NCBI GenBank assembly: GCA_951406725.2
Contig: OX597818.1
Coordinates: 27,796,001-28,044,000, forward strand
Direction: 5' to 3'
Source of the DNA: Octopus vulgaris
Lineage: Eukaryota
Length of the DNA: 248,000 bases
Shown one piece after another: positions 247,849 to 248,000 of the stretch. Positions within the stretch are counted from its first letter, which is position 1, and every line of letters begins with the position of its first letter. A program made the translations under genes and the position numbers. The notes under the pieces were generated by a model. The model did no database searches. It saw only the letters and a program-made list of their open reading frames with translations, and had not been told where the DNA came from.

Positions 247849-248000
247849 GTGAACTAAGATTGTACTGCCTGGGTTCATGTAAATTTTATCTACTTACAGG
247901 TAGTAGGTAGTTGCTTTAAGTAGGTGACCTAATTAGTAAAGGAAAACTATATTCTGAAAGTATGGCTGCTAAAATTAGAAGTGGTTGAAGAAAGTCCTGA

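Overview
AT-rich, microsatellite- and transposon-dense animal genomic DNA. The repeat landscape (RTE LINEs with (GAT)n tails, tRNA-derived SINEs, Penelope elements, (AT)n/(TATG)n) suggests a cephalopod such as Octopus, which is an inference. The protein-coding content is a + strand tandem array of at least three paralogous type-I membrane immunoglobulin-superfamily (IgSF) receptor genes spaced about 140-147 kb apart. Gene A is 5'-incomplete, with three Ig exons, a TM exon and a tail ending at 85465. Gene B appears complete (about 100477-224676: leader, six Ig exons, TM, tail). Only the leader exons of gene C are in the window. The main discovery, not visible in the ORF track, is the cytoplasmic tail. 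It is built from tandemly duplicated, frame-symmetric (phase 1-1) micro-exons of 42 and 60 nt, most encoding one acidic tyrosine motif. These alternate between YxxM-type (YLPM/YLCM/YLEM) and YxN/YVSV-type (YVNV/YVSV/YINV) motifs. Gene A has about 20 copies of the two repeated exon types and gene B about 7, with recent duplication, dead splice sites and Y->F/H substitutions. A 19-nt + 17-nt micro-exon pair upstream would act as a reading-frame switch for the whole tail. The rest of the window is mobile DNA: a near-intact RTE LINE, an (AAT)n-flanked R4/Dong-like element, Penelope-like elements, minimal hammerhead motifs, CR1, Tx1-like, Gypsy, Tc1/mariner, Helitron, MITEs, SINEs, a 28S rRNA fragment, fold-back palindromes and very long microsatellites. 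All exon calls are manual predictions from splice signals, phase and paralog comparison, and have not been checked against transcripts.
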